Shown piece by piece: positions 9,839 through 17,566 of a stretch of DNA of 64,000 nt. The notes under the pieces are model-generated. The model ran no database searches. It was not told the origin of the DNA and saw only the letters and a list, made by a program, of their open reading frames with translations. The first letter of the stretch is position 1; every line of letters starts with the position of its first letter. Where the stretch lies: the NCBI GenBank assembly GCA_903913885.1, contig CAIWMX010000040.1:2636-66635 (forward strand), read 5' to 3'. The DNA is from an uncultured Bacteroidales bacterium (lineage in GTDB: Bacteria > Bacteroidota > Bacteroidia > Bacteroidales > FEN-979). The translations under genes were made by a program, and so were the position numbers.

Positions 9839-10597
9839 CTAAATTTTATGAAAATTCACTGCGCTGGCCTGCGCCGTGGGCATCAGCACCATGTCGTTCA
9901 CGTTCACATGGGCGGGAAGGGTGGTCACATAGTAAACGGCATCGGCAATATCTTCGGCCGAAAGCGGGGAAAACCCCTTGTAGACGTTTCCGGCCCGGGT
10001 TTCATCGCCCTTAAAGCGCACGAGCGAGAATTCGGTTTCGGCTGCCCCCGGGGCGATTTGCGTCACTTTGATGTTATGGGTAACCAGGTCGATCCGTGTT
10101 CCCTTGGTAATCGCGTCGACAGCAAATTTTGAACCGCAGTAAACATTGCCCATCGGGTAAACCTCTTTCCCGGCGACCGAACCGATGTTGATGATATGAC
10201 CCTGTTTGCGGGCCACCATGAGGGGCGAAACCATCCGGGTCATATATAGCAGGCCCTTGACGTTGGTATCGATCATCCGCTCCCAGTCGTCGACCACCCC
10301 TTCATGAACGGGGTTCATCCCCACGGCCAGCCCGGCGTTGTTGACCAGGACGTCGATCTCACGCCAGGGGCCGGTCAGCGATGCAACGGCTTGTTCAACC
10401 TCCGACAGGTTCCTGACGTCAAAACACAGCGGAAGGACTTCCACTCCGTAGGTTTTTCGCAGGTCATCGGCGAGTTCATCGAGCAGTTTTTGCCTGCGGC
10501 CGGTGATGATCAGGTTGTGCCCGTTTTGGGCAAATTTAGTGGCGATTGCCCTGCCAAAGCCGGAGGTGGTGCCGGTGATGAAGATGAGTTTGGTCAT
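9839..10597 (-). CDS. SDR family NAD(P)-dependent oxidoreductase (YdfG-like)
   Basis: ITGTTSGFGRAIA cofactor motif, NNAG, catalytic YCGSK; 252 aa. Confidence 0.88.
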   Translation of the reverse strand: MTKLIFITGTTSGFGRAIATKFAQNGHNLIITGRRQKLLDELADDLRKTYGVEVLPLCFDVRNLSEVEQAVASLTGPWREIDVLVNNAGLAVGMNPVHEGVVDDWERMIDTNVKGLLYMTRMVSPLMVARKQGHIINIGSVAGKEVYPMGNVYCGSKFAVDAITKGTRIDLVTHNIKVTQIAPGAAETEFSLVRFKGDETRAGNVYKGFSPLSAEDIADAVYYVTTLPAHVNVNDMVLMPTAQASAVNFHKI

Positions 10598-10612
10598 GGT
10601 TGGGATAAATTA

Positions 10613-10724
10613 AGGTAGCGAAATGGTGAGGTAGCGAGGTAGCGAAATGGTGAAATGGCAAAATGGTAAAATGGTAAAATGGCAAAATGGTAAAATGGCA
10701 AAATGGTAAAATGGTAAAATGGGG
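10613..10724. repeat. 8-bp tandem array (gaggtagc units, then aaaatggt/aaaatggc units)
   Basis: Direct reading: aggtagcgaaatggtgaggtagcgaggtagcgaaatggtgaaatgg followed by about 9 alternating aaaatggc/aaaatggt units. Confidence 0.9.
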
Positions 10725-10738
10725 AAACATTTAGCCGC

Positions 10739-10772
10739 TTTTTAATTTTTAATTTTAAATTTTTAATTTTTC
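10739..10772. repeat. AT-only 7-bp tandem array (ttaattt/taatttt) overlapping the purL stop
   Basis: ttttaatttttaattttaaatttttaattttt. The last purL codons (..EKLKI*) are read from this array. Confidence 0.8.
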
Positions 10773-13700
10773 CCTGATCCATTCCCGGGCGTTTACGAAC
10801 GCAGTTATCCAGGGAGTTACTTCGTCGGAGTGACGTTCACCGGGATAGTGGGGCCATTGCCAGGGCAGGACGGAATCTTCGAGGTGGGGCATGATGGCGA
10901 GGTGGCGGCCGTCGGCGGATGCGATGCAGGCGGCGTCGAACTGGGAGCCATTGGGGTTGCCGGGATAGCCGTGGTAGCTGAATTTTGCCGGAATATGGTA
11001 GTTGTGTTCCTCGTCGGGGAAGTTGAATTTTCCCTCGCCATGGGCGACCCAGATACCCAGTTTTGAGCCTGCCAGCGATTTCAGCATCACCGAGTTGTTT
11101 TCCATCACGTCGAGGCCGACGAAGGTGCATTCATATTTGTGGGAGTCGTTCCACGACATCCAGGGGTGCTTTTGGTGTTCAGGATAGATCAGGCCGAGGG
11201 CGACCATCAGCTGGCAGCCGTTGCACACGCCCAGGCTGAGGGTATCGTCGCGTTTGTAGAAGTTGTCGAGCGCCAGCCTGGCCTTGTCATTGTAAAGGAA
11301 TGCACCGGCCCAGCCTTTGGCCGAACCCAGCACGTCGGAGTTGGAGAAACCGCCAACGAAGGCGATCATGTTGACATCTTCGAGGTTTTCGCGTCCGGCG
11401 ATCAGGTCGGTCATGTGTACGTCCTTCACGTCGAAACCTGCAAGGTATAGCGCCCATGCCATGTCACGGTCGCGGTTCACGCCTTTTTCACGGATGATGG
11501 CAGCTTTCACGCCCGAAGGTTTCCTGCGTTTTGGATTGGTTCCGAACTGTCCGAAAGTTCCTTGAAAATGATCCGGAAATAAAAATTTCAGCGGTTGCTG
11601 CCTGTAGTTATTGTACCGTTCCAGCGCCAGTTTCTCACCCGACTGTTTCCGGTCGAAGAGATAAGATGTTTTGAACCATGTATCGCGCAGGGCATCGATG
11701 TCGAATAGATATTCCTGTTCTGCGTATTTAATTTTGACAGACCGGTTTTTGGTTATTTTTCCGATTGGGAAAACATCAAAATCAATAAAATCCGATTTTT
11801 TATTTTTAACTTTAAAGTTTACCGGGATTTCGCTACCTCGCCACCTCGCTACTTCGCTAACTCTTACTTGTACCACCACTCCCGGCTTCTCGCTGAACAG
11901 CACCCTGACGGGGTCCCCCACCCTGTCAGGGTCCCCCACCCTGTCAGGGTCCCCCACCCTGTCAGGGTCTCCCACCCTGTCAGGGTCCCCCACCCTGACG
12001 GGGTCCAGGTTATCCAGTTCCAGTGCGAGCCCGGTACCCGGAGTCGAGAATGTCATCTCGAGCAGCGTGGTGATCAAGCCCCCGGCAGCCACATCATGGC
12101 CTGCCAGAATGGCGCCCCGGCTGACAAGGTCCTGGAGGAATTCAAAAACGGCGGCAAAATAAGAGGCATCGGCCACATCGGGCACCTGATCTCCCAGCTG
12201 GCTGATGGACTGGGCAAAACTACTTCCGCCCAACTCAAAATCACACGTTGAAAAAGGAATGTATACCAGTACAGAATCCTCGTCCGGCACAAGGCACGGA
12301 CTCACCACCTTCTTCACATCCGACACCTCGCCAACGGCAGAAATGATCACCGTTCCCGGCGAATAAACAATTTTCCCGTCAGGGTATTTCTGGGTCATCG
12401 ACAGCGAATCCTTCCCAGTGGGAATGTTGATCCCCAGGGCGATGGCAAAATCGCTCACTGACTTCACGGCAGTATACAACCGGGCGTCTTCCCCGGGGTT
12501 CCTACAGGGCCACATCCAGTTGGCGCTCAGCGAAACGCCAGACAGACCGTGGGTAAGCGGCGCCCAGACCAGGTTCGACAACGCCCTTGCAATGGATAAG
12601 CGTGAACCGGCCGCGGGATCGATCAACCCCGCTACAGGCGCATGTCCCAGGGAAGTGGCAATGCCCTTTAGCCCCTGGTAGTCGAGCGCCGTAACGCCCA
12701 CGTTGTTCAGCGGGAGCTGGATGGCGCCGCACGTCTGCTGTTTGGCGATCTTCCCGCTTACGGCCCGGTCGACTTTGTTGGTCAGCCAATCCTTGCAGGC
12801 AACGGCTTCGAGCTGGAGAATCTGGTCAAGGTATTCAGAGACAAGGGTTTGATCGTATGCGAGTGACAAGTGACATGTGACATGTGACAAGTCAACCATG
12901 ATGGTTTTAGGCGGTTTTCCGAAGAAGTCGGCCAGTTTAAGGTCGATGGGATGTACCCCTTCCTTGTGATCTTCGAACACCAGCTGGTGATCGCCGGTGG
13001 TTTTTCCGACAAGATACATGGGTGCCCGCTCCCGTTCGGCGATCCCGCGCATCAGCGCGACATCGACATCGGCCAGGATCAGCCCCATGCGCTCCTGCGA
13101 TTCATTGCTCACGATCTCCTTTGCCGACAAAGTCGGATCTCCGATGGGCAGGCTGTCGATGTTTATGGTCCCGCCGGTTGCTTCCACCAGCTCCGACAAG
13201 GCATTGAGATGGCCGCCGGCTCCGTGGTCGTGGATGGAGACAATGGGGTTCTGCTCCATCTCCGTCATAGCCCTGATGGCGTTGAACACCCGCTTCTGCA
13301 TCTCGGGATTGGACCGTTGCACCGCGTTGAGTTCGATGGCATTGGCAAATTCGCCGGTAGCCACCGACGAAACGGCGCCGCCGCCCATCCCGATGCGGTA
13401 GTTGTCGCCCCCCAGCACCACGATCTGCTGTCCGGCTGCAGGTTCTTCCTTCAGGCTGTCGTGTTGTTTGGCGAACCCGATGCCTCCTGCCTGCATGATC
13501 ACCTTGTCGTACCCGTAAACCCGGTCCCCGGCGGCATGTTCGAAGGTAAGCAGCGATCCGCAGATCAGCGCCTGGCCGAACTTGTTGCCGAAATCGCTGG
13601 CGCCGTTGGAGGCCTTGATCAGGATCTCCTCCGGGGTCTTGTAGAGCCAGGGACGCGCTTCGACGCTTTTTTCCCACGAACGGGCGCCTTCGGTACGCGG

Positions 13701-14612
13701 GTATGAGGTCATGTAAACGGCCGTGCCGGCCATGGGAATGCTCCCCTTCCCTCCTGCCATGCGGTCGCGGATCTCGCCGCCGCTGCCGGTGGCTGCCCCG
13801 TTGAAGGGTTCTACGGTGGTCGGGAAATTATGGGTTTCCGCCTTCAGCGAGATGACGGAGTGAATGTCGCTGATCACGAAATAATCGGCCACATCCTGGC
13901 GCACGGGTGCGAACTGCTCGATGTCGGGCCCGAGGATGAAGGCGACGTTGTCCTTGTATGCCGAGACCAGGAAATCGGGATGTTCTTTGGCCGTTTTTTT
14001 GATCATGGCAAAGAGCGAATCATCCATCTCCTTCCCGTCGATGATGAAAGTGCCGTTGAAGATCTTATGCCGGCAATGTTCCGAATTAACCTGCGAAAAG
14101 CCAAACACCTCGCTGTCGGTGAGCCCCCGGCCAAGCTTGTGGCTCAACCCGATGAGGTATTCAATCTCCTCCCCGCTCAGCGCCAGCCCCTGCTGACTGT
14201 TATATCCTGCAATATCCTCAATAAACTGCACCGGCTCCGGATCATGCAGAATATGAAAAATCTCCTGGTCCAGCACCTCATACACATGCTGCAGCATCGG
14301 GTCAAACGGCTGCCTGTCCCCCTCAATTGTAAATCCTAAATCGTCAATCGTAGATCGAAAATCGTAAATCGAAAATTCCTCAATCCTTTTAATCCCGCCG
14401 ATTCCCATATTCTGCGTAATCTCCACCGCATTCGTGCTCCATGGTGTGACCATTTCACGGCGCGGGCCGATAAAGGTTCCCTGTAAAACAGGTTCGGCGA
14501 TGCATACCGCCTCGCCGAACAACCAAACCAGTTTCTGAACATCCTGCCCGCTGAGCCCCTGGCTGCTTTCAACAGCATAGTAACTTTCGGGATTTTTGAA
14601 AAATGTTATCAT
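10755..14612 (-). CDS. purL: phosphoribosylformylglycinamidine synthase, single-chain large type
   Basis: 1285-aa ORF with the N-terminal PurS-like region, two AIR-synthase-like repeats (ETHNFPTTVEPFNGAATGSGGEIRD, DHGAGGHLNALSE) and a C-terminal class-I glutamine amidotransferase (GVCNGCQ, HGEG). Confidence 0.97.
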   Translation of the reverse strand: MITFFKNPESYYAVESSQGLSGQDVQKLVWLFGEAVCIAEPVLQGTFIGPRREMVTPWSTNAVEITQNMGIGGIKRIEEFSIYDFRSTIDDLGFTIEGDRQPFDPMLQHVYEVLDQEIFHILHDPEPVQFIEDIAGYNSQQGLALSGEEIEYLIGLSHKLGRGLTDSEVFGFSQVNSEHCRHKIFNGTFIIDGKEMDDSLFAMIKKTAKEHPDFLVSAYKDNVAFILGPDIEQFAPVRQDVADYFVISDIHSVISLKAETHNFPTTVEPFNGAATGSGGEIRDRMAGGKGSIPMAGTAVYMTSYPRTEGARSWEKSVEARPWLYKTPEEILIKASNGASDFGNKFGQALICGSLLTFEHAAGDRVYGYDKVIMQAGGIGFAKQHDSLKEEPAAGQQIVVLGGDNYRIGMGGGAVSSVATGEFANAIELNAVQRSNPEMQKRVFNAIRAMTEMEQNPIVSIHDHGAGGHLNALSELVEATGGTINIDSLPIGDPTLSAKEIVSNESQERMGLILADVDVALMRGIAERERAPMYLVGKTTGDHQLVFEDHKEGVHPIDLKLADFFGKPPKTIMVDLSHVTCHLSLAYDQTLVSEYLDQILQLEAVACKDWLTNKVDRAVSGKIAKQQTCGAIQLPLNNVGVTALDYQGLKGIATSLGHAPVAGLIDPAAGSRLSIARALSNLVWAPLTHGLSGVSLSANWMWPCRNPGEDARLYTAVKSVSDFAIALGINIPTGKDSLSMTQKYPDGKIVYSPGTVIISAVGEVSDVKKVVSPCLVPDEDSVLVYIPFSTCDFELGGSSFAQSISQLGDQVPDVADASYFAAVFEFLQDLVSRGAILAGHDVAAGGLITTLLEMTFSTPGTGLALELDNLDPVRVGDPDRVGDPDRVGDPDRVGDPDRVGDPVRVLFSEKPGVVVQVRVSEVARWRGSEIPVNFKVKNKKSDFIDFDVFPIGKITKNRSVKIKYAEQEYLFDIDALRDTWFKTSYLFDRKQSGEKLALERYNNYRQQPLKFLFPDHFQGTFGQFGTNPKRRKPSGVKAAIIREKGVNRDRDMAWALYLAGFDVKDVHMTDLIAGRENLEDVNMIAFVGGFSNSDVLGSAKGWAGAFLYNDKARLALDNFYKRDDTLSLGVCNGCQLMVALGLIYPEHQKHPWMSWNDSHKYECTFVGLDVMENNSVMLKSLAGSKLGIWVAHGEGKFNFPDEEHNYHIPAKFSYHGYPGNPNGSQFDAACIASADGRHLAIMPHLEDSVLPWQWPHYPGERHSDEVTPWITAFVNAREWIREKLKI
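11831..11864. repeat. 8-bp tandem array inside the purL coding sequence
   Basis: cgctacctcg ccacctcg ctacttcg ctaactc, translated in purL as ..VSEVARWRGSE... It shares 15 nt (11827-11841) with the reverse complement of 10634-10648. Confidence 0.8.
11902..12006. repeat. 18-bp tandem array (approx 5.8 units) inside the purL coding sequence
   Basis: accctgtcagggtccccc repeated. Read in purL as DPVRVG-(DPDRVG)x4-DPVRV. Confidence 0.95.
12863..12891. repeat. 7-bp tandem array (gtgacaa/gtgacat x4) inside the purL coding sequence
   Basis: gtgacaagtgacatgtgacatgtgacaag, read in purL as ..LSHVTCHLSLA.. Confidence 0.8.
14330..14378. repeat. degenerate 7-bp tandem array (taaatcg-like x7) inside the purL 5' coding region
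   Basis: taaatcc taaatcg tcaatcg tagatcg aaaatcg taaatcg aaaattc, read in purL as ..YDFRSTIDDLGFT.. Confidence 0.7.
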
Positions 14613-14699
14613 AAGTTAACGGTCAAAGGTCTGAAAAAAGGAAAAAAGGCAATACGCAACAGACATTAGGCATTAGTCAGAAACTAAAAAGGTGCCCCT

Positions 14700-14766
14700 C
14701 ATTGTCTGCATTGTTTGCATTGTCTGCATTGTCTGCATTGTCTGCATTGCTTGCATTGTTTGCATT
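14700..14766. repeat. 9-bp tandem array (cattgtctg/cattgtttg, 7 units) between the trxB stop and the purL start
   Basis: Direct reading. Two unit variants alternate. The array ends 7 nt from the trxB stop codon. Confidence 0.92.
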
Positions 14767-14772
14767 CATTTA

Positions 14773-15708
14773 TCAGGCACCGAGAAACCTTTCAGCTTCG
14801 ATAGCTGCCATGCAGCCGGTACCGGCCGCGGTCACTGCCTGGCGGTAATGGTGGTCCTGCACGTCGCCGCACGCGAACACCCCGTCGATGCTGGTCTGGG
14901 TGGTGCCCGGTTTGGTTTTGATGTATGCCTGGTCGTCGAGTTCCACCTGTCCGGTGAAGATATCGGTGTTGGGTTTGTGGCCGATGGCGACAAAAAAGCC
15001 CATGAGTGCAAGGTCGCGCGCTTCTCCCGTCTTCACGTTGCGCACGCGCAGGCCGGTCACCCCGCTTTCATCGCCGAGCACCTCTTCAGGGGCGCTGTCC
15101 CAAATCATCTCGATATTTGGGGTGTTGAGCACCTTGTGCTGCATCGCCTTGGAGGCGCGCAGTTCACTGCGGCGGTGCACCATGTAAACCTTCCTGCAGA
15201 GCTTGGCAAGGTAGGTAGCCTCCTCGGCTGCCGTATCCCCACCGCCCACGATGGCCACATCCTGCCCGCGGTAAAAGAAGCCGTCGCACGTGGCGCATCC
15301 CGAAACGCCCATGCCCATGAATTTCTTCTCCGATTCGAGTCCCAGCCATTTGGCTGAGGCGCCGGTGGCGATGATCACCGATTCGGCGACGATGGTCCTT
15401 CCATCGTCGGCTTTGGCCGTGAACGGGCGTTTGGAGAAGTCGACCTCTGTCACCACGCCGCCGCGCACCTGGGTGCCAAACCGTTCAGCCTGTTCCTTAA
15501 ACTCTTCCATCATCTCAGGGCCGGTGATCCCTTTCGGGTAACCCGGGAAGTTCTCCACCTCGGTGGTGATGGTAAGTTGTCCGCCGGGCTGCATGCCCTG
15601 GTACATCACCGGTTTGAGGTCGGCCCTGGCAGCATAGATGGCAGCCGTATAACCCGCCGGGCCTGAGCCAATGATCAGGCAGCGGGCGGTTTCTGTATTT
15701 TCGCTCAT
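14773..15708 (-). CDS. trxB: thioredoxin-disulfide reductase
   Basis: 311 aa. FAD motif IIGSGPAGYTAA, redox-active CATCDG, NADPH motif VGGGDTAAEEA. Confidence 0.97.
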   Translation of the reverse strand: MSENTETARCLIIGSGPAGYTAAIYAARADLKPVMYQGMQPGGQLTITTEVENFPGYPKGITGPEMMEEFKEQAERFGTQVRGGVVTEVDFSKRPFTAKADDGRTIVAESVIIATGASAKWLGLESEKKFMGMGVSGCATCDGFFYRGQDVAIVGGGDTAAEEATYLAKLCRKVYMVHRRSELRASKAMQHKVLNTPNIEMIWDSAPEEVLGDESGVTGLRVRNVKTGEARDLALMGFFVAIGHKPNTDIFTGQVELDDQAYIKTKPGTTQTSIDGVFACGDVQDHHYRQAVTAAGTGCMAAIEAERFLGA

Positions 15709-15725
15709 AAAATAGTTTTATGCCA

Positions 15726-15733
15726 CAAAATTA
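15726..15733 (-). promoter_or_regulatory. Bacteroidetes-type -7 box for trxB
   Basis: The plus strand reads caaaatta, the reverse complement of TAATTTTG. It lies 18 nt upstream of the trxB ATG. Confidence 0.4.
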
Positions 15734-15791
15734 GGCAAAAAAAGGGAACCGGGCACCTTTGCCTCACCGGTTAAAGAATCTATTCACCGAT

Positions 15792-15824
15792 TTGTTGCAA
15801 AGATGAAAAAATTGCTTAAATTTG
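15792..15824 (+). promoter_or_regulatory. putative promoter of tRNA-Pro (-33 TTG / -7 TAnnTTTG)
   Basis: tttgttg at 15791-15797 and taaatttg at 15817-15824, with spacing of about 19 nt. The tRNA starts 35 nt downstream. Confidence 0.45.
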
Positions 15825-15858
15825 CAGCCTCAAACCGGAGAACGTTCCGGTGATCAAT

Positions 15859-15932
15859 CGGGGTGTGGCGCAGTTGGCTAGCGTACTTGCATGGGGTGCA
15901 AGGGGTCGGAAGTTCGAGTCTTCTCACCCCGA
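15859..15932 (+). tRNA. tRNA-Pro (anticodon GGG), CCA not encoded
   Basis: Hand-folded cloverleaf. Acceptor CGGGGTG/CACCCCG, D stem GCGC/GCGT, anticodon stem CTTGC/GCAAG with loop AT-GGG-GT (U33, G37). 5-nt variable loop, T arm GGAAG-TTCGAGT-CTTCT, discriminator A. 74 nt in total. Confidence 0.9.
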
Positions 15933-15941
15933 CTTGAAAAT

Positions 15942-15981
15942 AAACCACTTACAGAGATAACATCAAGTAAGTGGTTTTTTA
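15942..15981 (+). terminator. rho-independent terminator after tRNA-Pro
   Basis: Stem ccacttac (15945-15952) / gtaagtgg (15967-15974) followed by tttttt. Confidence 0.7.
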
Positions 15982-16064
15982 TTTGCATACAACTTCAATA
16001 TAACTTTTACCCTTTGATTTAACAGTAAGGAATTTTAGTATCGCCTTTCAAAGGTAAGCTCCGG

Positions 16065-16322
16065 CTACGAGCATCTTGCGCGCTTGATCAGGTTGTGCCA
16101 GTCGTGGAGTTGAAATCGATAATCAGTGTAGGAAAAAATGCCGAGTCCCTTGTTTGGATTGTCTCCGTAACATAAGATATCTGTGAGTTTTGGATCAAGC
16201 AGCCCGAATTTAAGTCGTTCAGGACATTCACACTCTTGGATGATGGCAATGTCAGGTTCAATCGCAAGACGGTGTGCCTTGCGGCGGAACGCCATGTTAC
16301 AGTTCCAGGTGATAAGCTTCAT
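16065..16322 (-). pseudogene. truncated endonuclease/exonuclease/phosphatase (EEP) family gene fragment
   Basis: The 85-aa ORF starts MKLITWNCNMAFRRKAHRLAIEPDIAIIQECE, the typical EEP N-terminus with catalytic N and E. It ends after about 75 conserved residues, whereas full-length family members are several-fold longer. Confidence 0.6.
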
Positions 16323-16404
16323 GCTTGCAGAAAATACAGCTAACTGTGTACGGATAAATAATAATCCAATGAATTAATGAGGGTATTATGACTGACATCC
16401 GACT

Positions 16405-17259
16405 TTAATCGATGTTCTTTAAAACCTTGTCAACATTTGTTATAAACGAAACCAAATATTTTGATATCATTTCTTGATCTGGTTGGGCAATATTCTGGAT
16501 GTCTTGACTTAATAATGGTGTTTTTAAAGTACCCCAAAGACTGTCATCGTATCTACCCCTGCCATCAACTAACTCTAACTTCGATTCAACTGCATGAGTT
16601 AATGCGTCAATATTTTGACTCAAATACTCATATTGTTTCCTCGTTATAAGACAAGTTAACCTTAAAAAATTTGATTTGCTGTTCCATATAAAACAGTCAT
16701 AATTAAGCTTAGGGGTTCTGAACACCACTTTCCCCTCCGCCCTTGAGAAATATATCTTTGCAGCTAATATGTCCCCAATCTCGGCACAGACAGTATCCTG
16801 CCATTTGACGTTGTTCTTAATGGGGGTAACGGTTTCACCTTTTGTGGGCTTGGTTTTATTAGGTTCTAAATACCGTTCATAATATTGCATCACATCAGCA
16901 TACTCTTCCTGGCTTTCGGTTTGGTAAGCAATGTCCAACGATTGACTATCAGAAGAATAGAGCAGATTCATTGAAGAAACTATCGCATAACGCTCATTGA
17001 TGTAAAGTTTTGTATGTAAGCCAGTTACCAAAACTGGATTATACCCTAATGATTTGACTTGCTCTAATGTGGTTTTCTGATCGGCTCGAATATAAAAATC
17101 CACAGGAATCTTCCGCTCCTTGAGATTATTAAAGCACTTTTGGATTTTCTTCCAGTTCGTGAAATCACAGTAAGGGGACACGATGATGACAAATTTATCT
17201 GCCTCATCTATCAATGTCATAATATCCCCAGAAATCTGGTTCGGCTTGATTAGCTTCAT
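16405..17259 (-). CDS. phospholipase D-family (Nuc/HKD) nuclease with uncharacterised C-terminal domain
   Basis: Single HKD-type motif HTKLYINERYAIVSSMN about 95 aa from the N-terminus, then about 170 aa with no recognisable motif. Start set at the ATG for MKLIKPNQ (17259) rather than the ORF-track start 17298. Confidence 0.7.
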   Translation of the reverse strand: MKLIKPNQISGDIMTLIDEADKFVIIVSPYCDFTNWKKIQKCFNNLKERKIPVDFYIRADQKTTLEQVKSLGYNPVLVTGLHTKLYINERYAIVSSMNLLYSSDSQSLDIAYQTESQEEYADVMQYYERYLEPNKTKPTKGETVTPIKNNVKWQDTVCAEIGDILAAKIYFSRAEGKVVFRTPKLNYDCFIWNSKSNFLRLTCLITRKQYEYLSQNIDALTHAVESKLELVDGRGRYDDSLWGTLKTPLLSQDIQNIAQPDQEMISKYLVSFITNVDKVLKNID

Positions 17260-17566
17260 AAAATAGGAACGGATAAAAGATTTTGTCAAAGGTATCAATA
17301 ACCTGAAAACCTTTGTGGAAATTACCGCCAGCTTCAGGAATCAATAATACTCCATACCGGGAATGTCTCAAAGCTGCTGTCCTTGATTGGACCGGAATAA
17401 TCAATGAAGGCATTTAATACCATACTAAACTTTGATATCTTTACACTGCCCTCAAAATGACTAAACTATTTCATACATGAGCTGCCAAAAATGAGTAAAA
17501 GAGAGACAAGCGTGAACATTGGAATACGCAAAACAAAAGTATTTATTACTGATAAAGTATATTAGT

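Noticed and set aside
9546-9842. ORFs 9546-9842 and 28105-28371 in the two intergenic regions
   Set aside because: Both are built on the hairpin/MITE-like elements. The shared peptide stretch comes from the palindromic core read in either direction. There is no promoter box or signal of a real protein.
10536-10782. ORFs 10536-10730 and 10594-10782 (FTILPFYHFTILPF..), 14692-15357 (CIVCIVCIV..), 32735-32929 (GGQADRRTGGQADRR..), 11671-12162 and 11868-12251
   Set aside because: These are translations of the tandem arrays or of the purL/trxB antisense strand. Periodicity at the DNA level explains them, and there are no start-context or family motifs.
17204-17413. 69-aa ORF upstream of and overlapping the PLD gene, considered as a possible frameshifted N-terminal extension
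   Set aside because: The PLD fold already begins within about 15 aa of the chosen ATG (17259). The upstream ORF has no recognisable motif and is in another frame. There is no evidence for a frameshift.
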